From: a virus
IMG/VR virus record: IMGVR_UViG_3300025828_000013
Length of the DNA stretch: 27,945 nt
Reading direction: 5' to 3' (one strand)
Of the stretch, positions 1 through 9,409 are shown piece after piece. Both the position numbers and the translations under genes were made by a program. The notes beneath the pieces were generated by a model. It searched no databases and had not been told where the DNA came from. It saw nothing but the letters and a program-made list of their open reading frames with translations. Within the stretch, counting starts at the first letter, position 1. Each line of letters opens with the position of its first letter.

Positions 1-127
1 AAAAAATGACGCTAGACGCTAAGACCCTGCGTAAAGCGCTTAAAGGCGTAGGCAGCGCTAGCGAGGATACAAACGATAAGCTCACTGATCAGGCTGAACT
101 GTTAGAAAAGATGCGCAGTGCCTTAGG
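1..127. repeat. Left copy of an exact 127-bp terminal duplication (identical to 27819-27945)
   Basis: Comparing the first and last lines base by base gives a constant offset of 27,818 bp. The match runs to the very last base of the window. Confidence 0.97.
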
Positions 128-1628
128 GCCTTTAGGCGATATCCTAGGCGATGTAACTGGAGGCCTTGACGATACGATCGGTGCTTTAGAGGGTTTCTCT
201 AAGGGCCAAGTAGCCGCTGCGGCTGGAGTGGTAGCGCTATTCGCTGGACTCGCTACGCTCGCTTCTACGGTTGTCGATGTAGTCTCTAACCTAGAAGATT
301 ACACAGAAGCGCTCGAGATGGCCTCTGAACGCGATCTGATCAGTGACCAAGATGTAGAAAACATGAAGCGAGCAGGCGCAGCCTTTGACGCTTTAGGCTC
401 TACTTTAGAAGTGCTCAAGGTACGAATAGCGAGCACCTTTGCGCCACTTTTTGAGGATTTCGCCAGAGGCGCAGTAGCTATCATTCCGCTGATTACTGGA
501 GGATGGGAAGCCGCTACAGAGGCAGCGCAGGACTTTAACGAACTGCAGGCGAAAGAGATTAAAGAAATCTCTAAGCGAATGGATGAAGCCAAAAAGGACA
601 CCGAAGCACTAAAGAAAGCCGAAAAAGAAAAGCAGGAAGCAGCCAAAAAGGCGCAGGATGCAGCGAGACAGGCTGCCGATGCAGAAAAGCAGATCCAGGC
701 CATCATTAGAGAGGAAATGCTAGCCAGCCTAGGCGCTATGGAGCGTGAGCAGGCGCTACTATCAGAGAAGATCGTTAAGCTAGATGAACTGGCTAAGCTA
801 AACCCTGCGATAGCAGGCCAAGCAGAGTTTATTGCAGATGGATACCGTAAAGCGATAGACGAGCTCGATATTCTGATAATGAAAGCAGGATCGGATCTGC
901 CTAGCGCTCTGGAGGCCTCGAGTATTGGAGGCCAAGCGGTAAGCCTCGAGCTAGCGAGGCTCTACAACCAAGGCAGCGAAGGGATAGAAAGGCTAGGACA
1001 GAACGCCACTCTATCAGGCGAGCAGGCCAAGGCAGCGCTGCAGAGCATGGCGCAGGAAGCGGAAGCCTCTGTAGGTCCATATCTGGACGCTATATCAGGT
1101 ACGATAAACTCTATTTCTACGCTGTATAATGTGGCCAGTAATCAGCAGATCGAAACGCTGCGAAAAGGATCTAAAGAGCAAAAAGATGCTCTACTGAAGC
1201 AGTTTAAGGCTAATAAGGCTTTTGCGATAACAAACGCAGTAATCCAAACCGCACAGGCTGGACTGCAGGCGCTAGCTAGTAGCCCCTATCCGGCTAATCT
1301 GGTTTTTGCTGCGCTCGCTACGGCTGCAGGCATAGCGCAGGGTGCTGTTATCGCCGCACAGCAGCCCCCTAGTTTCCATAGAGGCGGACTGCTACCAGAT
1401 GAGCAGCGATCGTTTGGAGGCGCCGCTATCACTCGCCAAAACGAAACGGGCGTAGTCTTTACGGCGCAGGGCCAGCGATCGTTTACAGACGCTATAAACG
1501 CCATGAACCGAGGCGATCACTCTGGCCAAGGCGGTATAACGGTAATGCTCGATAGCCAGCCGATCAGAGGCGTAGTTACGCAGATGGGGCAGGCTGATCC
1601 TTCCTATGGCCATCGAAGGCGGTTCTAG
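6..1628 (+). CDS. Tail tape measure protein, C-terminal 540 codons of a 560-aa ORF whose real start is at 27764 across the circular junction
   Basis: It lies directly after the tail chaperone pair. It has a long Ala/Glu/Lys coiled-coil stretch (KEIKEISKRMDEAKKDTEALKKAEKEKQEAAKKAQDAARQAADAEKQ) and Gly/Ala-rich hydrophobic segments (GQVAAAAGVVALFAGLATLASTVV; LVFAALATAAGIAQGAVIAAQ). The reading frame is open upstream of the ATG at 6 and is in frame with 27764-27945. Confidence 0.8.
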   Translation: MTLDAKTLRKALKGVGSASEDTNDKLTDQAELLEKMRSALGPLGDILGDVTGGLDDTIGALEGFSKGQVAAAAGVVALFAGLATLASTVVDVVSNLEDYTEALEMASERDLISDQDVENMKRAGAAFDALGSTLEVLKVRIASTFAPLFEDFARGAVAIIPLITGGWEAATEAAQDFNELQAKEIKEISKRMDEAKKDTEALKKAEKEKQEAAKKAQDAARQAADAEKQIQAIIREEMLASLGAMEREQALLSEKIVKLDELAKLNPAIAGQAEFIADGYRKAIDELDILIMKAGSDLPSALEASSIGGQAVSLELARLYNQGSEGIERLGQNATLSGEQAKAALQSMAQEAEASVGPYLDAISGTINSISTLYNVASNQQIETLRKGSKEQKDALLKQFKANKAFAITNAVIQTAQAGLQALASSPYPANLVFAALATAAGIAQGAVIAAQQPPSFHRGGLLPDEQRSFGGAAITRQNETGVVFTAQGQRSFTDAINAMNRGDHSGQGGITVMLDSQPIRGVVTQMGQADPSYGHRRRF

Positions 1629-4600
1629 TGGCAGACAAGACACCTACCTACGATCTCGCAGGGATCCTAGTGCCTCGAAAGTTTTCGGCTACCTTGGCTT
1701 CAGACTATGCGAGCGGTACCGACTACACCGAAGCGGATCGCAGGCCTGGAGCGGTTACCTACAGCGGCGCTACCGCAGCGCGCTTAGTGCTCGAGGCTAC
1801 AGGCGAGATCGACGCTACAGCCACTACAGCGCCTACAGTGAAGTTCACTCGAGGCGGTATGCCTACGCTAGATGGCGCTTCCTACGTCTACCGCTATGGC
1901 GCTAGCGGCGATTGGTACGGATCCGATCCTACCTATGCGCTTACCGGCTACACCGTGATCGCCGCTGGCACTTCTAGCCGCACTTATGGCCAAACGCGAT
2001 CAGTGGTCCTATCCGATGGCACGATCGTAGTGGTAGCGGTCAAGGCCTACACTGCCTCGCCATACTTTACGCTACAGTCGCACGTGCGCAGCCCTGCAGG
2101 CGTTTGGACTACCTACACCATACAAGAGCAGACTAGCTCTACAGGCTCTACAGAAGTGGCTCTATGCCTCGCTCCAGATGGCGCGCTGCACGTCTACTGG
2201 CCACAGGTAACGAGTGGTAGCGCTATGACGCTATCTCTCTACCGCAGCGAGGATGGCGAAACGTGGTACCGCCAAGGCGATAGCGTAAACGGGATTGGTA
2301 CGTTTACCGCGATCACGCACTTAGCCGCAGCGACGATCAGCGGATCGGTGGTTCTGTTTAAGGGTGATACTAGCTCACAGCAGTACGTGAGCAGTGATGC
2401 AGGCTACACCTTCGAGACAGTAGGCAGCGCCGAAAACCATAGGCACGTAGCCGATCTGCGAGTGTCTGAAGGCTTCTGCCATGCTCTAGTGCAGGCCACT
2501 ACAGGTAGCGAGCACTGTTACCACCGAAGGATCGCAAGTGGAGGCCAAAACCTATGGGATCAGACTGCCACCGATCTAGGCGCTAACGATAAAGATAACG
2601 CAGCATTTTTAGCGGCTACGCCTTTCGGCCTACTTGCCTACTTTGTAGACAGTAACGGCGAAATGTGGAGCTCGCCCTACAGATCGATCAATGCAGGCGC
2701 AGATTGGGCGATCTACTATGGCCATGGAGACAATACGCCAAGCGCGATCGTAGGCCACTGTAGCGCGCTATGGCATAGGGGCAGGCTGCACGTTTTCGGC
2801 TCGCCTACTACTGTCTCTACAGGCGCTTCGATCAGTGCTGGAGCGCTGGTAGATATGACTCTATCAGGCCACAGTGTAGTACCACTATACGGCGCTGGAC
2901 TATCGACTATCGAAAGTGCCGCATCCATTACAGCGGCATGGGTACCGGTTGAGCTACTGAACCTTAGCGGCTGGACTGCCACCGACGTAAACATAGTTTC
3001 GCGATCCCTGCTAGATCAGTATGAACTAGTCACCGTAGGCGGTAGCAGTTCTGCGCAGTCGAGTTTTACGGCTAGCGGTGTAGGTGACTACGAATCGCAC
3101 TGCATAGTTTCGGTAGAGGTTACGGCTGGAGTGCTAGAGATCGTGCTAGCTGGCCAGCCTCGATCCGTTTCGGTATTCGTTACGGCTACGCAGATCGATA
3201 TTGTAGAGACAGGCGTGACGCCTGTTTATACCAACCATGGGATCACTGGCCCTATCGAGATTCGGATCGCATGCGATGGCGCAGCGGAAAAGGCTAGAGG
3301 ATGGTATCGGGCTTCTACGGATAGCGATGAAAGGGCCTGGCAGTCTATGGGATCTGCGATCTCGCTATCTACAGTCACTACAGGTAATGAACTGACGTTC
3401 AAAGTGCAGGCAGACTCTACAGCGCGCTTTTATTTCGCAGGGTGGCGCTATGCTTTCCAGCCTCCAAACTCTGGTATTGCTGAAATGGATACCAGCGCTG
3501 GCACTTCGATCATGGCCTGCCCGATCCTAGCCACTCGGCGAAGCTTCCTAGGCTCTGGCATCTACCTTCGAGGCAGGGGAGGGCCTGCGAGATACGATGC
3601 GACTACCTACGCTGTGTCTCTAGGCGGTGGCAGATACACTAAGGCGAATTTGCTCCCTGCCTTATCGCCATCGCCTAGAGCACTTTGGCGCTCGAGCGGT
3701 ACCACTGCACAAACGCTAAAGTTTACGGTAGAGCCCGAAACCGAAGGCGAAACAGAGTGGCTTAGCGGTGTAGTAGGCTTCTACCTAGATGGCCTGGTAA
3801 ACGTGCCTAACGTAAACCTAAAGAACGCAGGCGTATCCATAGGCTCTGTAGACCTGCGCACTAGCTTTACCTATACGCACGATACAGGCGCGATCTATCC
3901 CGCTGCCACTGGCTCTACCGTAGATGGCGAGTATATAGCCGAAGGCTCGCTAGTCGGTTGCCAGTTTGAGTTTGCTAACGGGCAGATCAGAACGATCGCC
4001 GACAATACCGAAGGTGTATTAACCAGTGGATCAAGCGTCGATCAGAAGCGCTGCAGGATTCGAGTAGAGGGCCTAGACGGTACAGAGGATGCTAGCGGCA
4101 CTGGCTATATCTGGCCTAAGCGAGCTCTAATCATTCAGTACCTTAGAGGGACTAGGGAAGTAACCCAAGTGCAGATCGAGATCCCTGCTACGGCTGGAGC
4201 GGACTCGAAGGGCTATCGAGAGATCGGCACAGTCGCGATCGGAGAGATCAGCGTTTTAGGTAGAGCCTTTGATCGAACGTCTAGCGATGAAATAACCGCA
4301 GGCGTCGAAACCTTTCAGGCTACCGATGGATCTTCGGTGGTTTCTGTCAGAGGCCCTACTTATCGAACTTTAGAGCTCGCCTTTGTAGAGTCGCCTACCT
4401 TCATGGGGCAGATCCGATCTGGAGGCTCGCCAGACTACGTTACGGCTTCTGCGAGCGCTTCTGCGCTACCAGCGGCTACGCTTCTAGGTATCCCTATGAC
4501 GATAGAGGGTATCTACCGGCGTACCGAAGGCGCTAGCCTGCCTGTAGTGCCGATCCGCAGGATACCTCGAGACAGTGGATCTGGTTCTGCGCTTTACGTG

Positions 4601-4747
4601 GCCACGATAGGAAAAGGCGCGATCGCAGATGGCGCTATGCTCGCTCGCATCACTGGCAGCATAAGGCGAGAACAGATTCAAGTAGGCCAAGCTTTCGTAG
4701 ATGATGCAGAACGAGTAGCCACAGTCACATTTAGAGAGATCGTCTAA
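1628..4747 (+). CDS. Large tail tip/baseplate protein (1039 aa) with N-terminal Asp-box/BNR-like repeats
   Basis: GTG start overlaps the tape-measure stop (TAGTG), and the gene sits immediately downstream of the tape measure. Motifs RSEDGETWY, SSDAGYTFE and SINAGADWA fall at about nt 2240-2710. The function is positional inference. Confidence 0.65.
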   Translation: MADKTPTYDLAGILVPRKFSATLASDYASGTDYTEADRRPGAVTYSGATAARLVLEATGEIDATATTAPTVKFTRGGMPTLDGASYVYRYGASGDWYGSDPTYALTGYTVIAAGTSSRTYGQTRSVVLSDGTIVVVAVKAYTASPYFTLQSHVRSPAGVWTTYTIQEQTSSTGSTEVALCLAPDGALHVYWPQVTSGSAMTLSLYRSEDGETWYRQGDSVNGIGTFTAITHLAAATISGSVVLFKGDTSSQQYVSSDAGYTFETVGSAENHRHVADLRVSEGFCHALVQATTGSEHCYHRRIASGGQNLWDQTATDLGANDKDNAAFLAATPFGLLAYFVDSNGEMWSSPYRSINAGADWAIYYGHGDNTPSAIVGHCSALWHRGRLHVFGSPTTVSTGASISAGALVDMTLSGHSVVPLYGAGLSTIESAASITAAWVPVELLNLSGWTATDVNIVSRSLLDQYELVTVGGSSSAQSSFTASGVGDYESHCIVSVEVTAGVLEIVLAGQPRSVSVFVTATQIDIVETGVTPVYTNHGITGPIEIRIACDGAAEKARGWYRASTDSDERAWQSMGSAISLSTVTTGNELTFKVQADSTARFYFAGWRYAFQPPNSGIAEMDTSAGTSIMACPILATRRSFLGSGIYLRGRGGPARYDATTYAVSLGGGRYTKANLLPALSPSPRALWRSSGTTAQTLKFTVEPETEGETEWLSGVVGFYLDGLVNVPNVNLKNAGVSIGSVDLRTSFTYTHDTGAIYPAATGSTVDGEYIAEGSLVGCQFEFANGQIRTIADNTEGVLTSGSSVDQKRCRIRVEGLDGTEDASGTGYIWPKRALIIQYLRGTREVTQVQIEIPATAGADSKGYREIGTVAIGEISVLGRAFDRTSSDEITAGVETFQATDGSSVVSVRGPTYRTLELAFVESPTFMGQIRSGGSPDYVTASASASALPAATLLGIPMTIEGIYRRTEGASLPVVPIRRIPRDSGSGSALYVATIGKGAIADGAMLARITGSIRREQIQVGQAFVDDAERVATVTFREIV

Positions 4748-7314
4748 TGGCTGCATGGTCGCTAGAGTGCCGCTTCGCAGGCTTGACGTTCTACCCTTCG
4801 CTTACCGAAAACCCTTCGGTAAGTAGCCAGGCGAATATATGGACTCCTAGAACGGCTGCCAGATCGGCTAGTATCGCTTTTCTCGATCAGGTAGGGATCG
4901 CCAAACTCGTTAGCCAAGGCCATAAGCCGCAGGCAGGGATCGCGATCCTTCGGTACAATGGCATAATTGTAGTAGAGGGGGAGTGGCAGTCTACAGAGTA
5001 TGGCCCGATCGGATCGCCGTGCAGGATACAGATCGGCGAATCTACGCAGGATGATAATGCGAGTGTCCCTGCCAGTGGCGCCATTTTGCGAAAGCTTACC
5101 GAAGCCGAGATCGGCGAAGGCACTGATCAGACAGTGCTACTACTCGGCAAAAAGCCGATCGATTTTCGAGGCTTTGGCCCTGCAGCGGCAGAAGCCAATA
5201 AACTAGTCTGGCAAAACGTGGCCAGAGTAGCCGAAGGCAGGATCTACCCGATGGTTTTCGGCTCGCCTGGCTCTACTAGCCACCCTGGTAGCCCTGCGCT
5301 TTATGTCGATACAATCTCTAGCCCTAACGAGTGGTTAATTGCTGGCCATCCTGTAGAGGCCACTACGGTTACCCTTTGGGGGCCTGGCCCTACAGGCGAG
5401 CTAACGTCTGTAGGCGCTACCGGGATCGCAGTGCGGCACAAAAAGGATCTAAATGGCAGACTGATCGCCTATGTCTCGAGCTCCGATATTACTTCTACCC
5501 AAAACAGCACAGGCGTAGATGGGGAGCTAATCTTAGGCACTGGCCTTCAGTTAGACGAATCTGCAGACTATTACGTTTCGTGGACTGGAGGCGAGGCGCT
5601 AGCGAGCGGCGCAGGAAGCGCGCTTCTACTTCTGCTACAAATGTCTACCCTAAAGATCGATCTACCGGCCTGGCTAGCAGTTCGAGATCGGCTGAACGCT
5701 TACAAGTTAGCAGGCTACGCAGATGATCAGGTTAGCCCTTCGGCCTTGGCACTCAATACGATCGCTAAGGATCTACCCATTAGCGCAGAATACGGGCCAG
5801 ATGGACTTAGGCCCGTGCTTTGGCCATGGCTAGACGATATCGAGGCGCATAACGCTTCGAGCCATCTAGTCTGTGGCACTCGAGATCCTGACACTGGCCT
5901 AGTAGGCGCTGGCTTCCTTAGCTACCTCGCTGGAGGCGTCACGTTTACTAGCGACTCTGCCTTAGCCATCTACAAGATAGAGCATGGCTACGATCCAGAG
6001 TCTACGTCTTACACTCTGACCGCTACGGTAACGCCAAGCGATACCGCCTATGGCGCTTCGGCTATGTCGTACCTTGGCCATCAAGGTAAGGTAGAGACTA
6101 GCGAAAGCCGCTGGATACAGGATGGCGCTACAGCGCTAGCGCTGGCCTCGCTGCGAGTCAGAGCACAGTCTATGCCTCGCAGGCTGATCCGTATCTTCTG
6201 CGATGTAGAGCGGTACGGGCCTGGCTCGAGTGACGAGCTCTACTGTGGAAAGCCGGTGCTTTTTTCCTGTCCAAGCCTGCATATCGAGGCTGCGCCTGGT
6301 TTCGTTTCGCGGCTTGGATGGCGAGGCCCTGTATTGGACGTAGCCATAGAACTTAGGGACGATCCGCTGTGGCGTAACCTCGAAGGGCCTGTAGCGGCAG
6401 CCGTTACCACGGTCTACCTAATGGCAGTAGGCGATAACGGATCCTCGCAGTCCTACGCCATGACTTCTACAGATGGCGCTAGCTATACTGCGGTAGCAGG
6501 CCTGCCAAGCGAAGGCGTTCTAAACGCTGCAGCCTATGACGCAGATCTAGAGCGCTATCTAGCCGTAGGCCAGAGCGGCGCTAGCGTGATCATTAGCCAG
6601 GATGGTTCTACCGTTACAGACGTAACCGTAGGCGGTACCACGAATCGAAATGGCGTAAGCTACCGCCCTTCAGCGGACAGTGGCGGATCGCTTTTCGTAG
6701 TAGTGGGCTTCGCTGGTAGGCTGGACTACTCGAGCGATGGATCGGCCTTTACCCAGGTTACAGGCTTCGGCTCTACTGGCCTCTACCTTAGCTACTACCA
6801 TAGCGGATCGGGCTTTTTCGTAGGCGGTAACAGCGGAAACGTCTGGCATAGCTCGAGCGGTACAGGTAGCTACAGTGCTGTAAATCCAGGCGGTACGCAG
6901 CGAGTTACCGATATGACGTATAGCGGCACTAACCTAGTTATGTGCCGCAGATCAGGTAAGATCGCCTACGCTACGCCGATCAACGCCACTGCAGGCACTT
7001 GGACTAGCCCCACTACAGGCGTTTCTAATCATCTGCATGCGATCGCCTCTGATCAGGCTGGCACTGTAGTAGCAGTAGGCGACGCTGGCACAGTGCTTCG
7101 CAGTACGGATCACGGTGTAACGTGGTCTACTGCTACGTCTGGCGTATCTACCTCGCTTCGAGGCGTTACCTATGCTGGCTCTGGTATCGGCTTTGTGGCT
7201 GTAGGTGATTCGGCAGTAGTGCTAACGAGTGCCGATGGCTCTAGCTGGAGTAGCCAGACTAGCCCTGCCAGCGATGATCTACAGTGGATTAAATCCAGTG
7301 CGGGTTACCCATGA
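4747..7314 (+). CDS. Tail fiber / receptor-binding protein candidate (855 aa) with a C-terminal Asp-box beta-propeller-like domain
   Basis: TAATG overlap with the upstream gene. The C-terminal ~290 aa carry a repeated S-x-D-G-x-x-[WYF] motif: STDGASYT, SQDGSTVT, SSDGSAFT, STDHGVTWS, SADGSSWS. Confidence 0.65.
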   Translation: MAAWSLECRFAGLTFYPSLTENPSVSSQANIWTPRTAARSASIAFLDQVGIAKLVSQGHKPQAGIAILRYNGIIVVEGEWQSTEYGPIGSPCRIQIGESTQDDNASVPASGAILRKLTEAEIGEGTDQTVLLLGKKPIDFRGFGPAAAEANKLVWQNVARVAEGRIYPMVFGSPGSTSHPGSPALYVDTISSPNEWLIAGHPVEATTVTLWGPGPTGELTSVGATGIAVRHKKDLNGRLIAYVSSSDITSTQNSTGVDGELILGTGLQLDESADYYVSWTGGEALASGAGSALLLLLQMSTLKIDLPAWLAVRDRLNAYKLAGYADDQVSPSALALNTIAKDLPISAEYGPDGLRPVLWPWLDDIEAHNASSHLVCGTRDPDTGLVGAGFLSYLAGGVTFTSDSALAIYKIEHGYDPESTSYTLTATVTPSDTAYGASAMSYLGHQGKVETSESRWIQDGATALALASLRVRAQSMPRRLIRIFCDVERYGPGSSDELYCGKPVLFSCPSLHIEAAPGFVSRLGWRGPVLDVAIELRDDPLWRNLEGPVAAAVTTVYLMAVGDNGSSQSYAMTSTDGASYTAVAGLPSEGVLNAAAYDADLERYLAVGQSGASVIISQDGSTVTDVTVGGTTNRNGVSYRPSADSGGSLFVVVGFAGRLDYSSDGSAFTQVTGFGSTGLYLSYYHSGSGFFVGGNSGNVWHSSSGTGSYSAVNPGGTQRVTDMTYSGTNLVMCRRSGKIAYATPINATAGTWTSPTTGVSNHLHAIASDQAGTVVAVGDAGTVLRSTDHGVTWSTATSGVSTSLRGVTYAGSGIGFVAVGDSAVVLTSADGSSWSSQTSPASDDLQWIKSSAGYP

Positions 7315-7601
7315 CGTATACGCTTACACTCGAAGCCGAGATCAGCGCCAAGCGAAGCGAGATCCTAGCCGCTGCGCCTGATCCGATCGCGCTTGATCCT
7401 CTGGCTGGCCAGTGGTCTAGCCTTATTGATTCGGCGATAGTCGAGATAGGCGGTTTTATCGAGGTTTACCAGGGATCTAACCTTCGAGCTCTACTCGATT
7501 GGGTAGACGCACTTAGCGACGCTTACTTTGATTCGACGGACTGGAGTAGCTACAGCGATTACGTTTCGGCTGCGCCCACTTCGATTACAGTGGAGGCCTA
7601 A
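7311..7601 (+). CDS. Hypothetical protein (96 aa), possibly a fiber accessory or assembly protein
   Basis: ATGA overlap with the fiber gene and TAATG overlap with the next gene. The protein is acidic and has no predicted transmembrane segment. Confidence 0.55.
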   Translation: MTYTLTLEAEISAKRSEILAAAPDPIALDPLAGQWSSLIDSAIVEIGGFIEVYQGSNLRALLDWVDALSDAYFDSTDWSSYSDYVSAAPTSITVEA

Positions 7602-8125
7602 TGGCTATGCGAGCGTTTGTATGCTGCGGCTTGGCGATGGCGCTAAGCGGCTGCGCTAAGCCAGTGCCGATCGAGGATATTCGATCGCAAGTAGGGGCAG
7701 GCCTGCTAGTCGCTGCGCCTATCGCTCGAATACTGGCTAGCGAGTCAGATCGAGGCGATGGCGCGATCGGCTGCATTGTAGGCGAGGCGCTAGGATCGTC
7801 CTTTGAGGCTGCAGGGAAGCAGTTAGCCACTGGCCAGCATGATCCTGCCGCTAGCGTTTCGATCTGCGAGTGCCTAGCACTTCGAGACGATTGGCAGGCG
7901 CTAGACGTATCGGTAGAAATGGCCAGCCAAGCCGCAGCGGCGCTCGAGGCTGTATCCATCCTGATCAGTCCGCAGATCCGATCCTGCGAGGCGAAGGCCT
8001 GGCTAAGCGCCTCGAGCCAAGCCGTAGCCATGCTGCTAGCGCCGATCGCCGAAGCATTGACGCTAGAGCAGTGCTCGATCCCAATACCGCCTATCGTGCC
8101 AGATCTGGAGGCCTGCCATGGGTGA
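7601..8125 (+). CDS. Predicted lipoprotein (174 aa, Cys-rich)
   Basis: N-terminus MAMRAFVCCGLAMALSGCAKP is a signal peptide with a lipobox (L-S-G-C). The gene is translationally coupled at both ends. Confidence 0.6.
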   Translation: MAMRAFVCCGLAMALSGCAKPVPIEDIRSQVGAGLLVAAPIARILASESDRGDGAIGCIVGEALGSSFEAAGKQLATGQHDPAASVSICECLALRDDWQALDVSVEMASQAAAALEAVSILISPQIRSCEAKAWLSASSQAVAMLLAPIAEALTLEQCSIPIPPIVPDLEACHG

Positions 8126-8546
8126 TCCGTATTGGATGGAGATCGCCAAGGCTGAACATGGAACAGCCGAGATCCAAGGTGGCGAAAACCCTAGGATCCT
8201 AGAATACTTCAGATCGACTAGCTACCATGCTGCAGAGGATGAGGTACCATGGTGTGCTGCTTTCGTTTCTTGGGTGCTTGATCAGTGCGGCTTAGCCAAT
8301 CCTAGCACTGTGCGCGCTCGAGACTTCGAGGCCTACGGTACCGAAATAAGAGAGTGGCAGCCAGGCGCGATCGCTGTGCTATGGCGAGGATCGCCCACTG
8401 CCAGCACTGGCCACGTCGGTTTTATCGTAACCGTCATGGGCGATCAGGTAGTCTTGTTAGGCGGTAATCAAGGCAACCGGGTAGATCTCGCGATATATCC
8501 TCTGGCACAGGTGCTATCCTACAGATGGCCAAACGCTAGGGGTTAG
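8118..8546 (+). CDS. Endolysin candidate, TIGR02594 / NlpC-P60 (CHAP-like) cysteine peptidase family
   Basis: Motifs remembered from this family: PYWMEIAKAEHGTAEIQGGENPRILEYF, a catalytic-type Cys in VPWCAAFVSWVL, a His in TGHVGFIV, and GGNQGNRV. Confidence 0.75.
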   Translation: MGDPYWMEIAKAEHGTAEIQGGENPRILEYFRSTSYHAAEDEVPWCAAFVSWVLDQCGLANPSTVRARDFEAYGTEIREWQPGAIAVLWRGSPTASTGHVGFIVTVMGDQVVLLGGNQGNRVDLAIYPLAQVLSYRWPNARG

Positions 8547-8547
8547 T

Positions 8548-8871
8548 ATGTCTGAAGCCGCAGATCCGAAGCCTGTAGCGCCTGCAGCCGCAGCGCCGCA
8601 GCCAGTACCGCTACCGCACCCTCTAGGCCATCTGGCCTCGCTTTCGGGCTTAGGTAACGTCGGTGTCCTGATCGCCGCTGTAGGCCTCATGTGGGCGCGG
8701 ATCGATTCGATAGAGTCGCGCTTTGATGATCTCGATATGCGGATCGATCTTATGGCTAAGGAAGTGGCCCAAATGTCCGCAGCCATGCAGGTAGCGGCAG
8801 TGCAGACGATCAATGCTTCAGAGTTTTTAGAGCTCGAGCGCAGGGTAACGATCATAGAATCGAAACTATGA
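8548..8871 (+). CDS. Single-pass membrane protein with C-terminal coiled coil (holin or i-spanin candidate)
   Basis: Pro/Ala-rich N-terminus, one hydrophobic helix (GNVGVLIAAVGLMWARI), then a heptad-like segment. It lies directly after the endolysin. Confidence 0.5.
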   Translation: MSEAADPKPVAPAAAAPQPVPLPHPLGHLASLSGLGNVGVLIAAVGLMWARIDSIESRFDDLDMRIDLMAKEVAQMSAAMQVAAVQTINASEFLELERRVTIIESKL

Positions 8872-9161
8872 CTGTTATAAGCGCTATATCTGCGGCAGTG
8901 CAGGCCATCGCCGAAGCCTCAAAGCGCGATCCAGTAGCGCAGCGCCTAGCTGCAGAACGGCGATCAGCGAGTCACGAAAGCCGCAGCCGATCTCGCTGGC
9001 TTCGATCAGTGCGGCAGACTACCGAAAGGCTTTCGGCTGCAGACCGTAGAAACGATCTCGAGGCGATGGTAGCGGCGATCCTGCAGCTACAGGCTCTAGG
9101 TATAGACCTAGCCGAGATCGAAAAGGCGCAGGCCTTAGCTACTCGGCTGGCCTCTGATTAG
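8868..9161 (+). CDS. Hypothetical protein (97 aa), last gene of the rightward late block
   Basis: ATGA overlap with the upstream gene. Its stop overlaps the stop of the convergent minus-strand gene. Confidence 0.5.
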   Translation: MTVISAISAAVQAIAEASKRDPVAQRLAAERRSASHESRSRSRWLRSVRQTTERLSAADRRNDLEAMVAAILQLQALGIDLAEIEKAQALATRLASD

Positions 9162-9409
9162 CGCTTTCGCTTCTGCATGCGCCTGCGTAGATCGATATGT
9201 TTTAGCAGCATGGCTACAGAAGTAATCAAGTGCGCTAGCTTTTCCTCTGGCGTAAGATCGCGCCATGGCGATCGGCCTAGCCTGCGCCTGCAGCGCGCTA
9301 CAGTATCGCTAGTAGCGCCTAGTAGCTCGCCTGCTAGAGCGTCTGGCAGGTAGCCTACTACGTGCACTGCTTCTGGCCTGCGGATCTCTAGCTTAGGCCT
9401 ACCCTTCAT
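9158..9409 (-). CDS. Small HTH-type DNA-binding protein (83 aa). The start is moved to the ATG at 9409, not the TTG at 9448 given in the ORF track.
   Basis: The ATG (MKGRPKLEI...) overlaps, as ATGA, the stop of the upstream micro-ORF, and a GAGG lies 9 nt upstream. There is an HTH-like segment LAGELLGATSDTVARCRRRLG. Confidence 0.55.
   Translation of the reverse strand: MKGRPKLEIRRPEAVHVVGYLPDALAGELLGATSDTVARCRRRLGRSPWRDLTPEEKLAHLITSVAMLLKHIDLRRRMQKRKR

Noticed and set aside
1-127. The terminal duplication as a biological direct terminal repeat, or as LTR-like ends of a mobile element
   Set aside because: Its length is exactly 127 bp and it falls in the middle of the tape-measure coding sequence. 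A functional packaging end is not expected there, while an assembler overlap is. This can only be settled with reads.
299-706. Antisense and alternate-frame ORFs throughout the track (e.g. 299-706, 1286-1643, 1606-1905, 2716-2994, 4484-4756, 4887-5726, 8514-8855, 12755-13056, 18212-18541, 19616-20106, 20437-20715, 21388-21726, 23125-23903, 24912-25277, 26520-26885)
   Set aside because: Each is nested in or antisense to a longer ORF with recognisable function or translational coupling. They show Arg/Ser/Ala-rich shadow-frame composition and lack SD sequences.
7585-8202. Minus-strand ORF 7585-8031 and plus-strand ORF 7870-8202 overlapping the lipoprotein gene
   Set aside because: The 7601-8125 frame has a signal peptide with lipobox and TAATG/ATG-TGA coupling to both neighbours. 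The alternative frames have neither. The region remains flagged for frame confirmation.
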